64,000 nt of DNA from Bacteroidales bacterium (GCA_024762655.1 JANTHB010000007.1:97-64096); one strand, 5' to 3'; counted from the stretch's first letter, positions 40,826 through 53,652 are shown. The notes: generated by a model not told the origin, from the letters alone. Numbers and translations are program-made.

Positions 40826-42163
40826 ATGAAAACAGAAGAAATCGTATCCCGGCTTGAACAGAAACATCCCGGGGAAAAAGAATATATCCAGGCTGTCAGG
40901 GAAGTTCTGGAATCCATCGAAGAAATATACAACCGGAACCCACAGTTTCAATCGGCCGGTATTATCGAAAGGCTGATCGAACCCGACCGGGTACTTACCT
41001 TTAAAGTCCCCTGGACGGATGATGAAGGAAACGTAAACATTAATCTGGGATATCGTGTGCAGTTTAACAATGCTTTGGGTCCGTATAAAGGAGGTCTCCG
41101 TTTTCACCCCAGTGTAAATCTGAGTATCCTGAAATTTCTGGGATTTGAACAGATCTTTAAAAATGCTCTGACTACGCTTCCTCTGGGGGGTGCCAAAGGC
41201 GGAAGTGATTTTAACCCCAAGGGAAAATCGCAGCATGAGATCATGCGCTTTTGCCAGTCTTTCATGCTGGAACTCTGGAAGATCATCGGTCCCGAAACAG
41301 ATGTTCCTGCGGGAGATATCGGAGTAGGCGGCCGGGAAATCGGTTTTCTTTATGGCATGTACAAAAAACTCACTCATGAGCATACGGGTGTATTGACCGG
41401 CAAAGGACTGAATTGGGGAGGCAGCCTTATCCGCCCCGAAGCCACCGGGTACGGCGTGGTTTATTTTGCCAAAGAAATGCTGGCAAGCCGGGGCGAAACC
41501 CTCGAAAACAAAACCGTGGCAGTCTCCGGATTCGGGAATGTTGCCTGGGGTGCGGTCAAAAAAGCTACCGAGCTGGGAGCCAAAGTGGTCACACTGTCCG
41601 GCCCTGACGGATATATCTATGATCCGGCGGGCGTCTCGGGGAAGAAAATTGACTATATGCTGGAACTACGTGCTACCAACGAAGACATTGTCGAACCCTA
41701 TGCCCGCGAATTTGACGGAGTGGAATTTATCCCCGGCAAACACCCCTGGGAAGTAAAGGTGGATGTGGCGTTGCCTTGTGCTACGCAAAACGAACTCAAC
41801 GAACAGGATGCCAAACACCTTGTCGATAACGGATGTATCTGTGTTACCGAAGGGGCCAATATGCCATGTACTCCAGAAGCCATCGGGGTTTTTCAGAATC
41901 ATGGCATCCTTTTTTCACCGGGCAAAGCGTCCAACGCAGGAGGCGTCGCCACCTCGGGACTGGAAATGTCACAGAATGCTCTGAAAATGAACTGGACTGC
42001 CCGCGAGGTGGATGACCGCCTGCATCAGATCATGAGGGATATCCATCATGCCTGTGTAAAATACGGGAAAAGACCCGACGGTTATGTCGACTATGTCAAA
42101 GGAGCCAATGTTGCCAGTTTCTTAAAAGTTGCCAATGCCATGCTCGATTTGGGTGTGCTTTAA
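40826..42163 (+). CDS. gdhB: Glutamate dehydrogenase, Bacteroides GdhB-like (probably NAD-specific)
   Basis: [23 protein letters not shown]; GFGNVA and SGPDG coenzyme-site residues as in Bacteroides GdhB. Confidence 0.85.
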   Translation: MKTEEIVSRLEQKHPGEKEYIQAVREVLESIEEIYNRNPQFQSAGIIERLIEPDRVLTFKVPWTDDEGNVNINLGYRVQFNNALGPYKGGLRFHPSVNLSILKFLGFEQIFKNALTTLPLGGAKGGSDFNPKGKSQHEIMRFCQSFMLELWKIIGPETDVPAGDIGVGGREIGFLYGMYKKLTHEHTGVLTGKGLNWGGSLIRPEATGYGVVYFAKEMLASRGETLENKTVAVSGFGNVAWGAVKKATELGAKVVTLSGPDGYIYDPAGVSGKKIDYMLELRATNEDIVEPYAREFDGVEFIPGKHPWEVKVDVALPCATQNELNEQDAKHLVDNGCICVTEGANMPCTPEAIGVFQNHGILFSPGKASNAGGVATSGLEMSQNALKMNWTAREVDDRLHQIMRDIHHACVKYGKRPDGYVDYVKGANVASFLKVANAMLDLGVL

Positions 42164-42169
42164 CTGTTT

Positions 42170-43276
42170 ATGGATGCTCTGGTTTATCAAATCGCATTAA
42201 GCCTTCTGCCCGGAATAGGATCTATACGCACACGTTCTATCCTGGCACATGTGGGGTCCCCGGAAAAGTTTTTCACCGAATCTTCCGGGATCCTGGAGAA
42301 AATCCCCGGTGTCGGAGCGCATCCTGCCACAAACACCCAGCGCAGGAAAGCACTGGAAACTGCGAAGAAAGAGTACGAATTTGTGAAAAACAATAACATC
42401 CGGACGGCCTGGTTTCTGGATGAGGATTATCCTTTGCGCCTGAAACAGTGCGAAGATGCCCCGGTGATTATCTACATCCGGGGAGACACAGACCTGGATA
42501 CAGCGAAGATCATCAGCATTGTCGGAACCAGACATGCCACCTCCTACGGCACCGGCGCATGTAAAAAAATCATTGAGCAACTGGCTGCCTTTTTCCCGGA
42601 CCTTCTCGTGGTGAGTGGCCTTGCTTATGGTATAGATGTATGTGCCCATAAAGCAGCCCTGAAAAACGGTCTGAAAACCGTAGCTGTCCTGGGGCACGGT
42701 CTTCACATGATTTATCCGGCCGTACACCGGCAGGTGGCCCGGGAAATAGTTGGTCAGGGAGCCCTGGTAACGGAATTTGCCACCTCCCAAATCCCGGACA
42801 AAGGAAATTTTATCGCCCGCAACCGGGTTATCGCCGGACTGGCTGACGCCACCCTGGTGGTGGAATCCGGAATCAAAGGAGGCGCTCTTATAACAGCCGA
42901 CCTGGCAAACTCCTACAACAGGGACGTGTTTGCACTCCCCGGAAGAACATCAGACACGTGGTCACAAGGATGCAACCAACTGATCAAAAGAAACCAGGCT
43001 GCCCTCATAGAATCAGGAAAAGATATCGCTTATCTCATGGGCTGGGAGACCTCTCCCCTCCCTAAAAAAGAGGTTCAGAAAGCTCTTTTTGTCAATCTGA
43101 ACGAAGAAGAAAAAAAACTGATCGGAATCCTTCGGGAACACGGAGAACTCTCGGTAGACCAGGTGGCTATCCTGGCCAATATACCGGTGAGTAAGGCTTC
43201 TTCCATGCTACTAAATCTGGAATTCTCCGGATTAATCACCCTCCTTCCGGGAAACATATACCGCTACCTGACCTGA
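42170..43276 (+). CDS. dprA: DNA-processing protein DprA
   Basis: IVGTR, VSGLAYGID, FIARNRVIAGL, GGALITA, C-terminal winged helix. Confidence 0.93.
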   Translation: MDALVYQIALSLLPGIGSIRTRSILAHVGSPEKFFTESSGILEKIPGVGAHPATNTQRRKALETAKKEYEFVKNNNIRTAWFLDEDYPLRLKQCEDAPVIIYIRGDTDLDTAKIISIVGTRHATSYGTGACKKIIEQLAAFFPDLLVVSGLAYGIDVCAHKAALKNGLKTVAVLGHGLHMIYPAVHRQVAREIVGQGALVTEFATSQIPDKGNFIARNRVIAGLADATLVVESGIKGGALITADLANSYNRDVFALPGRTSDTWSQGCNQLIKRNQAALIESGKDIAYLMGWETSPLPKKEVQKALFVNLNEEEKKLIGILREHGELSVDQVAILANIPVSKASSMLLNLEFSGLITLLPGNIYRYLT

Positions 43277-43431
43277 TGATCGATATGTTATTAAACATTC
43301 CTTTTCTGAAGCTTCCGTTATCTCTTAAATATCAACATCTTACCATCATATAATATGAATAATGCTTAATATCATACTTTTTTATGCAAAAAATGTATAT
43401 TATTGCATAGGAGATATTATTAACCACTTAA

Positions 43432-44784
<1,353 letters not shown>

Positions 44785-44804
44785 TAAACGAACCTATTAT
44801 GATC

Positions 44805-44831
44805 AAAAAAGGGGCGTTCTGCCCCTTTTTT
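44805..44831 (+). terminator. Intrinsic terminator after gdhA
   Basis: AAAAAAGGGGC-GTTCT-GCCCCTTTTTT, followed at once by a TATTTTTG -7 box (44833-44840) for tatD. Confidence 0.8.
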
Positions 44832-44858
44832 GTATTTTTGCCCAATACCTGTTTCGTT

Positions 44859-45626
44859 ATGAACCTCATAGACACCCATACGCACCTTTATCTCCCCGAA
44901 TTTGAAGCAGACCGTCACGACGTGGTCCAGGTAGCTATCCGGGCAGGCGTGGATAAAATGCTCCTGCCGAACATCGACCTTTCCACCCTGACCCCCATGC
45001 TGAAATTAGCTGAGGCTTTCCCCCGTCACTGCTATCCCATGATCGGATTGCATCCCACTTCGGTAAAGGAAGATTACCGGCAACAACTGGAGGAAATGTT
45101 TGTTCACCTGAATGAAGGTTCATACGTCGGGATTGGTGAAGTAGGCATCGACCTTTACTGGGATAAGAAATTCGGAAAAGAACAGACAGAAGCTTTCCGG
45201 CAACAAATTGAGTGGGCCCTCAACTTCAAGCTGCCGCTGGTCATCCACTCCCGCGAGTCTTTACCCCTTATCTTTTCCGTCCTGGAAGAATTTCCACAGT
45301 TACCGACAGGGGTTTTTCACAGTTTTACCGGAACACAAGATCAGGCAGAACATGCCATCGAAAAAGGATTCTTTCTGGGTGTGGGAGGCATTGTTACTTT
45401 CAAAAACTCTTCCCTGAAAGATACTTTGCTACCCCTGGGACCGGATCATCTGGTACTGGAAACAGACGCTCCGTTTCTGGCGCCGGCACCAAAAAGAGGA
45501 AGACGAAATGAAAGCAGTTATCTTGTCTATATTGCACAATTTCTCGCCGATCTTTTTTCTGTAAAACCCGAGACCCTTGCAGACATTACAACCCGGAATG
45601 CGTTAAAACTTTTTTCATGTACCTGA
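44859..45626 (+). CDS. tatD: TatD family nuclease
   Basis: DTHTHL, GLHP, IGEVGID, IHSR, FHSF, LETDAP. Confidence 0.9.
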   Translation: MNLIDTHTHLYLPEFEADRHDVVQVAIRAGVDKMLLPNIDLSTLTPMLKLAEAFPRHCYPMIGLHPTSVKEDYRQQLEEMFVHLNEGSYVGIGEVGIDLYWDKKFGKEQTEAFRQQIEWALNFKLPLVIHSRESLPLIFSVLEEFPQLPTGVFHSFTGTQDQAEHAIEKGFFLGVGGIVTFKNSSLKDTLLPLGPDHLVLETDAPFLAPAPKRGRRNESSYLVYIAQFLADLFSVKPETLADITTRNALKLFSCT

Positions 45627-45666
45627 CCCCTAACACACTACAAACGGATAGAAAAATACTCCCTGC

Positions 45667-46704
45667 ATGAAACAGCAAGACAAATCCATACTATTAATAT
45701 ATACAGGCGGCACCATCGGCATGGTAAATGACCCTGTTACGGGATTGCTTAAACCGCTGGATTTTGATCATATTCTGAACCAAATCCCGGAGTTGTATCA
45801 GTTCGATTGCCGGATCGACACCCTTACCTTCGACCCGGTTGTTGATTCCTCGGAGATACAACCGGATTTCTGGCTGCGCCTGGGGCACATGATCGAAGAA
45901 CATTATCATGCTTATGACGGATTTGTTATATTGCACGGGACAGACACCATGGCTTATACCGCTTCCGCCCTTTCTTTCCTGTTACAGGATTTGCAAAAGC
46001 CGGTCATTCTGACCGGCTCTCAGCTGCCGATCGGAACATTACGCACTGACGGGAAGGAAAACCTGATCTCTGCCATTGAAATTGCCGCGTCGGTGGATGA
46101 AAACGGACAACCGATGGTTCCCGAAGTATCAGTTTATTTCGAATATAAACTGTTCAGGGGGAACCGTACCACAAAATTCAGCGCTGAAACATTCAATGCT
46201 TTTGTTTCACCTAACTATCCGCTGCTGGCAGAAACCGGCGTTCATATTCACTACAACAGAAATGCCATACGGAAAGCCAGCCCTGAAAAAAAACTAAAAT
46301 TAATTTCCCGGCTGGATACCCGTGTTATGTTTCTCAAGGTATTTCCAGGTTTGTCTCCCCGGATCATTGAAGAGATCACCCGTATTCCTTCCCTCAAAGC
46401 TATGATCATCGAGACATACGGCGCCGGGAATGCTCCGACATCACCTGATTTCCTGTCTCCTTTAAAATACTTTGTCGATTCCGGAGGTATCATATTAAAT
46501 ATCTCACAATGCAGGGCCGGATCGGTGGATATGGACCAGTACGAAACCGGTCACAGGCTGAAAGAAACCGGAGTCATCGGCGGGAAAGACCTGACTTCCG
46601 AAGCAGCGTTAACTAAATTAATGCTTGTTCTTGGGTTAGACATTTCTACAGAAGAAAAAAAATTATTGCTCCAAAAATCAATTTGCGGAGAAATGCGTGA
46701 ATAA
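45667..46704 (+). CDS. ansA: L-asparaginase type I
   Basis: YTGGTIGM, HGTDTM, TGSQLP, RGNR; no signal peptide. Confidence 0.92.
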   Translation: MKQQDKSILLIYTGGTIGMVNDPVTGLLKPLDFDHILNQIPELYQFDCRIDTLTFDPVVDSSEIQPDFWLRLGHMIEEHYHAYDGFVILHGTDTMAYTASALSFLLQDLQKPVILTGSQLPIGTLRTDGKENLISAIEIAASVDENGQPMVPEVSVYFEYKLFRGNRTTKFSAETFNAFVSPNYPLLAETGVHIHYNRNAIRKASPEKKLKLISRLDTRVMFLKVFPGLSPRIIEEITRIPSLKAMIIETYGAGNAPTSPDFLSPLKYFVDSGGIILNISQCRAGSVDMDQYETGHRLKETGVIGGKDLTSEAALTKLMLVLGLDISTEEKKLLLQKSICGEMRE

Positions 46705-46760
46705 TTTAACTTTTTTTTGTATTTTGCGCCCCATTATGATACTGTTCTTCATACATGTTC

Positions 46761-46850
<90 letters not shown>

Positions 46851-46936
46851 CAATAAAAATTATTGGAATTCTTAAATAAATTTTAATACTTTGCACAACA
46901 AAGATTTCGTTATTAACTAAAAAGTACATGTTCATT

Positions 46937-47764
46937 ATGAAAAAACTATTTGCATTTGTTGCGGTCATCGGGATGCTGGGATTTGGAGCATCCAATTTTG
47001 CTGTTGCTCAGAGCGAGCCAAACAGTGACACAGCCACTGTCGTTCAAAACGACTCTGCTTCTGTTGACACCACTGCACAACAGGCAGCCACTCCGGCCAG
47101 TAGTGAGAAACAACAGGGAAACCAGAATGTTTTACTGAAACAGATCAAAGCCAAGTTTATTGAAGGAGGCGCCGGTTTTATGGGCACGATCCTTCTGACC
47201 CTTATTTTCGGTCTGGCATTGGCCATTGAAAGGATCATATACCTGAACCTTTCTACTACCAACACCGACAAACTCCTTAAAAATGTAGAGGATGCACTTG
47301 AGTCAGGGGGTGTTGAAGCAGCCAAGGAAGTATGCCGGAACACCCGCGGACCGGTAGCCAGTATCTTTTACCAAGGTCTCGACCGGGCCGATGAAGGGAT
47401 AGAAATGGCAGAAAAAGCGGTCATTTCTTACGGCGGTGTTCAGATGGGACTGCTCGAAAAGAACCTTTCCTGGATCGCCCTCTTTATCGCCATTGCCCCT
47501 ATGCTTGGATTTATGGGAACGGTCATCGGGATGATTGACGCTTTCGATAAAATCCAGGTCGCAGGGACGGTTTCAGCCCAATTGGTCGCCGGCGGTATCA
47601 AAGTTGCTTTGATCACTACGGTATCCGGTCTGATCGTGGCTATCATCCTGCAGGTATTTTATAATTACATCCTGTCGAAGATCGACAGTATCACCGTAGC
47701 AATGGAAGATGCTTCCATTTCGTTGGTTGACATGCTGATAAAACATAATGCTAAAAATAAATAA
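46937..47764 (+). CDS. exbB: MotA/TolQ/ExbB proton channel (start 46937 or 46928)
   Basis: Signal-like N-terminus, IERIIYL, APMLGFMGTVIGMI..F, GIKVALITT. Confidence 0.88.
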   Translation: MKKLFAFVAVIGMLGFGASNFAVAQSEPNSDTATVVQNDSASVDTTAQQAATPASSEKQQGNQNVLLKQIKAKFIEGGAGFMGTILLTLIFGLALAIERIIYLNLSTTNTDKLLKNVEDALESGGVEAAKEVCRNTRGPVASIFYQGLDRADEGIEMAEKAVISYGGVQMGLLEKNLSWIALFIAIAPMLGFMGTVIGMIDAFDKIQVAGTVSAQLVAGGIKVALITTVSGLIVAIILQVFYNYILSKIDSITVAMEDASISLVDMLIKHNAKNK

Positions 47765-47772
47765 GAGATATC

Positions 47773-48231
47773 ATGTCTGGTACACTTAAAACCTTTGTAA
47801 AAATTACGCTTTGGGTTATCATGGGTATCTCCGTGGTACTGTTGGGCTGGTTCTATTTTGGCCCCAAGGTTCCGGGAACTGCCGGGACAACCCTTGAAGA
47901 ACCCGTGGCTACGAATGTATCACTCTGGTGGGCCTATATTCTCTTCGGCCTTGCTATAGTGGTTACGTTGATATTCTCGTTTATGAATATCTTCACCAGC
48001 AAAAAAGCATTGAAGGGAGCGTTGATCTCTTTGGTCGCTTTGGTAATCCTGTTCGGAGTTTCTTATATGCTGGCATCTGATCAAACCCTGAACATGCCCG
48101 GCTACGAAGGAAGCGGGAACACCCCCGTTGTCCTCAAATGGGTAGGAACGGGTCTGATAGCCACTTATCTGCTGGCTGGCATCGCTTTCCTGACAATTCT
48201 CTATGTGGAGATTGCCAAATTATTTAAATAA
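47773..48231 (+). CDS. Hypothetical 4-TM protein within the exbB-exbD-exbD operon
   Basis: 152 aa, four hydrophobic segments, tight spacing. Confidence 0.8.
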   Translation: MSGTLKTFVKITLWVIMGISVVLLGWFYFGPKVPGTAGTTLEEPVATNVSLWWAYILFGLAIVVTLIFSFMNIFTSKKALKGALISLVALVILFGVSYMLASDQTLNMPGYEGSGNTPVVLKWVGTGLIATYLLAGIAFLTILYVEIAKLFK

Positions 48232-48262
48232 CTTATTTTTTATTTTAAGCTGGATCTGAACC

Positions 48263-48844
48263 ATGGCACGCAAGTTACAACCGATCAATGCAGGATCTAT
48301 GGCTGACATAGCTTTCCTTCTTCTGATTTTCTTCCTCGTCACCACCACTATGGATGTTGATACGGGACTGATGAGGATGCTTCCCCCTATGCCAGAGAAA
48401 AATCAAAAGAAATCCAATGATAAGATTAAGGAAAGAAATGTCTTTGTCGTACTGATCAATAAGAACAATGAGCTTCTTGTCGAAGGAAAAAGAATGGACA
48501 TCCATCAATTGAGACAGGCTGCCAAAGATTTTATTGCCAACCCGGAAAACAGGGATGATCTCCCTGAAAAAGAATGGAAAGATATTCCATTCTTCGGCCA
48601 TGTGTTCGTAACCAAAAACCCGGTTATCTCTCTGCAAAACGACCGGGGAACATCTTATGGAACTTACATTAAAGTTCAGAATGAGCTGATCGCTGCCAAG
48701 GATGAATTACGAAACGAACTGGCCAGGTCTAAGTTCGGCATGAACTATGACGACCTCGATAAAGAAAAACAACAGGCCATTAAAAAATACTATCCGGCAG
48801 CTATCTCTGAAGCAGAACCTAAAAATGTTGGAGGAGAAAAATAA
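48263..48844 (+). CDS. exbD: ExbD/TolR family protein 1
   Basis: INAGSMADIAFLLLIFF TM with conserved Asp. Confidence 0.85.
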   Translation: MARKLQPINAGSMADIAFLLLIFFLVTTTMDVDTGLMRMLPPMPEKNQKKSNDKIKERNVFVVLINKNNELLVEGKRMDIHQLRQAAKDFIANPENRDDLPEKEWKDIPFFGHVFVTKNPVISLQNDRGTSYGTYIKVQNELIAAKDELRNELARSKFGMNYDDLDKEKQQAIKKYYPAAISEAEPKNVGGEK

Positions 48845-49323
48845 TGAAATCAAAATTTCGTCCGAATGAAGAAGAAAGATCCGTCGGCCAGATCAACACG
48901 GCTTCCCTACCCGACATCATCTTTATGCTTTTATTCTTCTTCATGGTTACCACAGTGATGCGTGAAGTGGATCTGAAAGTAAATATCCACGTTCCGGAAG
49001 CTACCGAAGCTAAAAAACTGGAGAAAAAATCACTGGTTTCTTTTATCTATGTCGGAAAACCTCTTCCTCGCTTTCAGAAAATGTTCGGAACCGAACCCCG
49101 TATACAGCTGAACGACCAGTTTAGAACCGTTGGAGACATTCAGGACTTTATAGCTCAGGAAAAAGACCAGTTAAATGAAGCTGACCGCAATAAATTAACG
49201 GTCTCCCTGAAAGTTGATCAAAACACCAAGATGGGAGTTGTCTCAGATATCAAACAGTCTCTCAGACGCGCAAATGCTCTGAAGATCAGTTACTCATCTG
49301 TCAAAACAGATAAGGTGAAGTAA
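48844..49323 (+). CDS. exbD: ExbD/TolR family protein 2
   Basis: INTASLPDIIFMLLFFF TM with conserved Asp; LKVD..MG. Confidence 0.85.
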   Translation: MKSKFRPNEEERSVGQINTASLPDIIFMLLFFFMVTTVMREVDLKVNIHVPEATEAKKLEKKSLVSFIYVGKPLPRFQKMFGTEPRIQLNDQFRTVGDIQDFIAQEKDQLNEADRNKLTVSLKVDQNTKMGVVSDIKQSLRRANALKISYSSVKTDKVK

Positions 49324-49346
49324 GAAAATAGTTTTTTCATACCCAT

Positions 49347-49377
49347 AAAAAAGGCCGGAAATATCCGGCCTTTTTTT
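49347..49377. terminator. Bidirectional terminator (exbD / tRNA-Arg)
   Basis: AAAAAAGGCCGGA-AATA-TCCGGCCTTTTTTT. Confidence 0.85.
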
Positions 49378-49378
49378 G

Positions 49379-49452
49379 TGATCCCGGCGGGACTCGAACC
49401 CACAACCTTCAGAACCGGAATCTGACATTCTATCCAATTGAACTACGGGACC
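49379..49452 (-). tRNA. tRNA-Arg(CCG)
   Basis: Reverse complement GGTCCCG...TCAGA-TTCCGGT-TCTGA...GTTCGAGTCC...CGGGATC-A; -7 box TAAATTTG at 49469-49476. Confidence 0.95.
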
Positions 49453-49535
49453 AGCATAATTCAGTGTGCAAATTTAATAAAATTATTGATGAACTTTTCC
49501 TATTTTCGCACTCTGATATTACAAAACCTACCAAT

Positions 49536-52500
49536 ATGGAATATAACTTCAGGGAAACAGAGAAGAAGTGGCTGAACTACTGGAAGGAAAACAAAACATT
49601 CAAAACGGATACAGACCCTTCCAAACCGAAATATTATGTCCTGGATATGTTTCCTTACCCCTCGGGCGCTGGCTTGCACGTAGGTCATCCGCTGGGATAT
49701 ATCGCTTCAGACATTTACGCCCGGTATATGAGGCTCAAAGGATACAACGTACTTCATCCGATGGGTTTTGACGCATTCGGCCTGCCTGCAGAACAATATG
49801 CCATTCAAACAGGCACCCACCCCGCCGTTACCACGGCAAAAAATATTCAGAAATATCGCGAACAACTGGGCAAACTCGGCTTTTCTTTTGACTGGGATCG
49901 TGAAGTGGTAACCTCCGACCCTGCTTATTACAAATGGACGCAGTGGACCTTTCTGCAACTATTCAAATCGTGGTATAACCTGGAAACGGACAAAGCAGAG
50001 CCCATCGACCGCCTTATCAAAATATTTGAACGGGAGGGAAACAAAAAGGTCAGGGCTGCTTCTTCTCCTGTAGATCTTTTCTCTCCGGACGAATGGAATA
50101 CCTTTTCGGAAAAGAAAAAACAGGAAATCCTGATGAATTACCGTTTGGCTTATCTCTCCGATACCTGGGTAAACTGGTGTCCTGCACTGGGTACCGTCCT
50201 GGCCAACGATGAAGTCAAAGACGGTTATTCCGAGCGGGGAGGCTATCCTGTAGAACGGAAAAAAATGCGTCAATGGTTTCTTCGGATCACCGCCTATGCA
50301 CGGCGACTGCTTGACGGACTTGAAACCATAGACTGGAGTGAATCCATAAAAGAGGTACAACGCAACTGGATCGGCCGGTCGGAAGGAGCAGTTGTGTTTT
50401 TCGATATCGCAGATTATCCGGAACAACTGGAAATTTTCACCACACGTCCCGATACGCTTTTTGGCGCTACCTTCATGGTGCTGGCTCCCGAGCACCCCTT
50501 CATTGACGATATCACTACCAAAGAGCACCGGGAGGAAGTGGAAGAATATGTTAAAAAAGCTATTAATCGCTCAGAGAGAGACCGGATCGCCGATGTAAAG
50601 ACCGTAACGGGGGTTTTTACCGGTGCCTATGCAATCAATCCCGTCAACGGAGCCCGGATCCCTGTCTGGGTAGCAGAATATGTTCTGGCGGGTTACGGAA
50701 CCGGCGCCATTATGGCTGTTCCTGCCCACGACTCCCGTGATTTTGCCTTTGCCCGTCATTTCAACCTGCCCATTATACAAGTTATCACGCGCGAAAAAGG
50801 GAAGCAGGAAGATCCTGCCGGATGGGAAAGTTCGTATGACTCCAAAGAAGGCTACCTCATCAATTCCGGCTTTATCAATGACCTTCCGGTCCGGGAAGCA
50901 ATCCCCGCCATCATTGATTTCCTGAAAAAGAAAAACAAGGGATACGGGAAAGTAAATTATCGTTTACGCGATGCGATTTTCAGCCGGCAGAGATACTGGG
51001 GAGAGCCGTTCCCCATCTATTATAAAGAAGGGATTCCTTATCCTCTCGATGAAGACCAGCTGCCACTTGAACTGCCGGAGGTGGACAAGTACCTCCCTAC
51101 CGAAACGGGAGATCCTCCGCTGGCCAGAGCCCAACACTGGAAATCCCGCGAAGGTTATCCACTCGAAACAAATACCATGCCCGGCTTTGCCGGTTCGAGC
51201 GGTTATTATCTCCGCTACATGGATCCTCACAATGACAAAGAATATTTTTCAACAGAAGCGGTGGGTTACTGGAAAAATGTAGATCTTTATATCGGCGGAG
51301 ATGAACACGCTACAGGCCATCTCATCTATTCCCGTTTCTGGAATAAATTCCTTTATGACCTGGGCCTCTCCGTGGTAGAAGAACCTTTCCACAAACTCAT
51401 CAACCAGGGAAAAATTCTGGGAAGATCCAATTTCGTTTACCGCGTCAACCTGGAAAAATATGCGGAATACCTGCTGTGGCAAAAAATCAGGGAAGGCGGA
51501 GAAGCAGAGCATGTGATCCGGAATTACCGGGACGGAAACCGCCGCTTCGATTTCTATCATCAGAAAGCCAGACTGATCCTTGAAATAAAAAGTCAGGAAA
51601 AACTGGAAAAACTGGAGAGCTATTACAAAGATTACATAAAGAACACCGGGAAAAGGCTTCTCCTGCTGCCGATACACGATATTATTTATATGACCGACGA
51701 GACGGCGAAGGAAATAAACCAGGCAATCCATGAGACCGCTCCCGGCAAAGTATTTTTTGACAATCACAAAATAAGGGAATTGAAACCCATTTTTGTTTCC
51801 CACAATATCAAAGACCGCGAATTATGGTCCACCCCCCTTCATGTGGACATCAACCTGGTTCACAACGATGTGCTGGATCTGGAAGCTTTCCGCAAGTGGC
51901 GCCCTGAATTTCAGGAGGCCGAGTTCATCCTCGAAGAGGACGGAAAATATATCTGCGGATGGGAAATCGAAAAAATGTCTAAATCGAAACACAACGTACA
52001 GACTCCGGATGAGCTGGTAGATAAGTACGGTGCAGACGTACTCCGAATGTACGAAATGTTCCTGGGACCCATCGAACAATCCAAACCCTGGGACACCAAC
52101 GGAATTGAAGGCATCTCGAGGTTTGTCAAGAAATTCTGGCGACTCTTTCATGATGAAGAAAACCGCTTTGCCATTACGGATGGTGAGCCCGGCGAACAGG
52201 AGCGGAAAATCCTGCACCGGACCATCAAAAAGGTCAGGGATGATATAGAACGCTTTTCTTACCATACGGCTGTGAGCACGCTGATGGTATGTACCAACGA
52301 ACTGTCAACCCTCCGGTGCCGGAAACGGAAGATCCTCGAAGCCCTGACGATTCTTATTTCTCCGCTGGCCCCGCTGATAGCAGAAGAACTGTGGGAACAA
52401 CTGGGACATAAACCAAGCATCAGCTTTGCCTCCTTGCCCGACTATGATGAAAAATGGCTGGAAGAAGACACTTTTGAATATCCGGTGTCTTTTAATGGAA

Positions 52501-52658
52501 AAATGAGATTTAAGCTTCCCTTGCCCCTGGAAATCTCCCAGGCGGAAGTTGAAAAAGCGGTACGGGAAGCTCCGCAGGCGAAAAAGTGGATCGAAGGGAA
52601 AACCATCCGGAAAGTCATCTTTGTCCCGAAACGGATCATCAATGTCGTTGTGAGCTAA
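49536..52658 (+). CDS. leuS: Leucine--tRNA ligase with an in-frame inserted domain (~51447-51791)
   Basis: [21 protein letters not shown] editing domain, SRQRYWG, KMSKS. Confidence 0.97.
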   Translation: MEYNFRETEKKWLNYWKENKTFKTDTDPSKPKYYVLDMFPYPSGAGLHVGHPLGYIASDIYARYMRLKGYNVLHPMGFDAFGLPAEQYAIQTGTHPAVTTAKNIQKYREQLGKLGFSFDWDREVVTSDPAYYKWTQWTFLQLFKSWYNLETDKAEPIDRLIKIFEREGNKKVRAASSPVDLFSPDEWNTFSEKKKQEILMNYRLAYLSDTWVNWCPALGTVLANDEVKDGYSERGGYPVERKKMRQWFLRITAYARRLLDGLETIDWSESIKEVQRNWIGRSEGAVVFFDIADYPEQLEIFTTRPDTLFGATFMVLAPEHPFIDDITTKEHREEVEEYVKKAINRSERDRIADVKTVTGVFTGAYAINPVNGARIPVWVAEYVLAGYGTGAIMAVPAHDSRDFAFARHFNLPIIQVITREKGKQEDPAGWESSYDSKEGYLINSGFINDLPVREAIPAIIDFLKKKNKGYGKVNYRLRDAIFSRQRYWGEPFPIYYKEGIPYPLDEDQLPLELPEVDKYLPTETGDPPLARAQHWKSREGYPLETNTMPGFAGSSGYYLRYMDPHNDKEYFSTEAVGYWKNVDLYIGGDEHATGHLIYSRFWNKFLYDLGLSVVEEPFHKLINQGKILGRSNFVYRVNLEKYAEYLLWQKIREGGEAEHVIRNYRDGNRRFDFYHQKARLILEIKSQEKLEKLESYYKDYIKNTGKRLLLLPIHDIIYMTDETAKEINQAIHETAPGKVFFDNHKIRELKPIFVSHNIKDRELWSTPLHVDINLVHNDVLDLEAFRKWRPEFQEAEFILEEDGKYICGWEIEKMSKSKHNVQTPDELVDKYGADVLRMYEMFLGPIEQSKPWDTNGIEGISRFVKKFWRLFHDEENRFAITDGEPGEQERKILHRTIKKVRDDIERFSYHTAVSTLMVCTNELSTLRCRKRKILEALTILISPLAPLIAEELWEQLGHKPSISFASLPDYDEKWLEEDTFEYPVSFNGKMRFKLPLPLEISQAEVEKAVREAPQAKKWIEGKTIRKVIFVPKRIINVVVS

Positions 52659-53242
52659 TCCTGCCCTTCCTGCTTATCCAGCATTTGTTCCACCACCCGG
52701 GGATAATACCTGTATTCAAGCTGATGAACCCTTTGTGCCAGGGTATCAGGGGTGTCATGTGGCATTACCGGACAACGCGCCTGAAAGATAATGTCTCCCT
52801 TATCGTACTCTTCGTTAACATAATGAATGGTGATCCCGGACTCCTTGTCACCATGGCTGATTACCGCCTCATGCACATGATGCCCGTACATTCCTTTTCC
52901 ACCGTATTGTGGCAATAAGGCAGGATGAATATTTACAATTCTTCCCGGATAGGCACGCAATATATTGGCAGGGACCAACCAAAGGAAGCCGGCAAGAATG
53001 ATAAAATTTACTTTATTTTGTTCCAATTCCTTCAACACATGTCCCTCCCTGAAATCCTGCCGGTCGAATACCTTGCAGGGAACGCCTAACTCCCCTGCCC
53101 GGTGGATCACATAGGCCCCGGGATTATTGGTAACCACCAATACAATATTCTTATCGAACGTTTTGTTGAAATGTTCGATTAGGTTTTGGGCATTGGTTCC
53201 CGCACCGGAAGCAAATATTGCCATCCTCCATTTTTTACTCAT
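52655..53242 (-). CDS. purN: Phosphoribosylglycinamide formyltransferase
   Basis: [31 protein letters not shown]. Confidence 0.95.
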   Translation of the reverse strand: MSKKWRMAIFASGAGTNAQNLIEHFNKTFDKNIVLVVTNNPGAYVIHRAGELGVPCKVFDRQDFREGHVLKELEQNKVNFIILAGFLWLVPANILRAYPGRIVNIHPALLPQYGGKGMYGHHVHEAVISHGDKESGITIHYVNEEYDKGDIIFQARCPVMPHDTPDTLAQRVHQLEYRYYPRVVEQMLDKQEGQD

Positions 53243-53409
53243 CTATTGATACTTATGAAGATATAATTAATAAAAATATTTTCGTATCTTACGAACAGTT
53301 TGAACATGTAAAGTAAAAAAATATATATTTGTTTGAAAAATTTTATTGAAATACATTTCTTTGCACCGGAATTTTCTAACCATTTAATTGTAACTAAAAA
53401 ATTAAAACT

Positions 53410-53646
53410 ATGTCAGACATTGCATCAAGAGTAAAAGCGATAATCGCTGACAAACTTGGAGTTGATGAAAGTGAAGTAACTCCTGAAGCCAGTTTCACCA
53501 ATGACCTGGGTGCTGATTCCCTGGACACCGTTGAACTTATCATGGAGTTTGAAAAAGAGTTCAACATTGGCATTCCCGATGACCAGGCAGAAAACATCTC
53601 CACGGTAGGGGAAGCCATCAAGTACATTGAAGAAAACGTAAAGTAA
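53410..53646 (+). CDS. acpP: Acyl carrier protein
   Basis: [12 protein letters not shown]. Confidence 0.97.
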   Translation: MSDIASRVKAIIADKLGVDESEVTPEASFTNDLGADSLDTVELIMEFEKEFNIGIPDDQAENISTVGEAIKYIEENVK

Positions 53647-53652
53647 AAAAAG

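Noticed and set aside
51447-51791. LeuRS insert as an intein or intron
   Set aside because: No intein splice-junction residues, and the frame is continuous without stops
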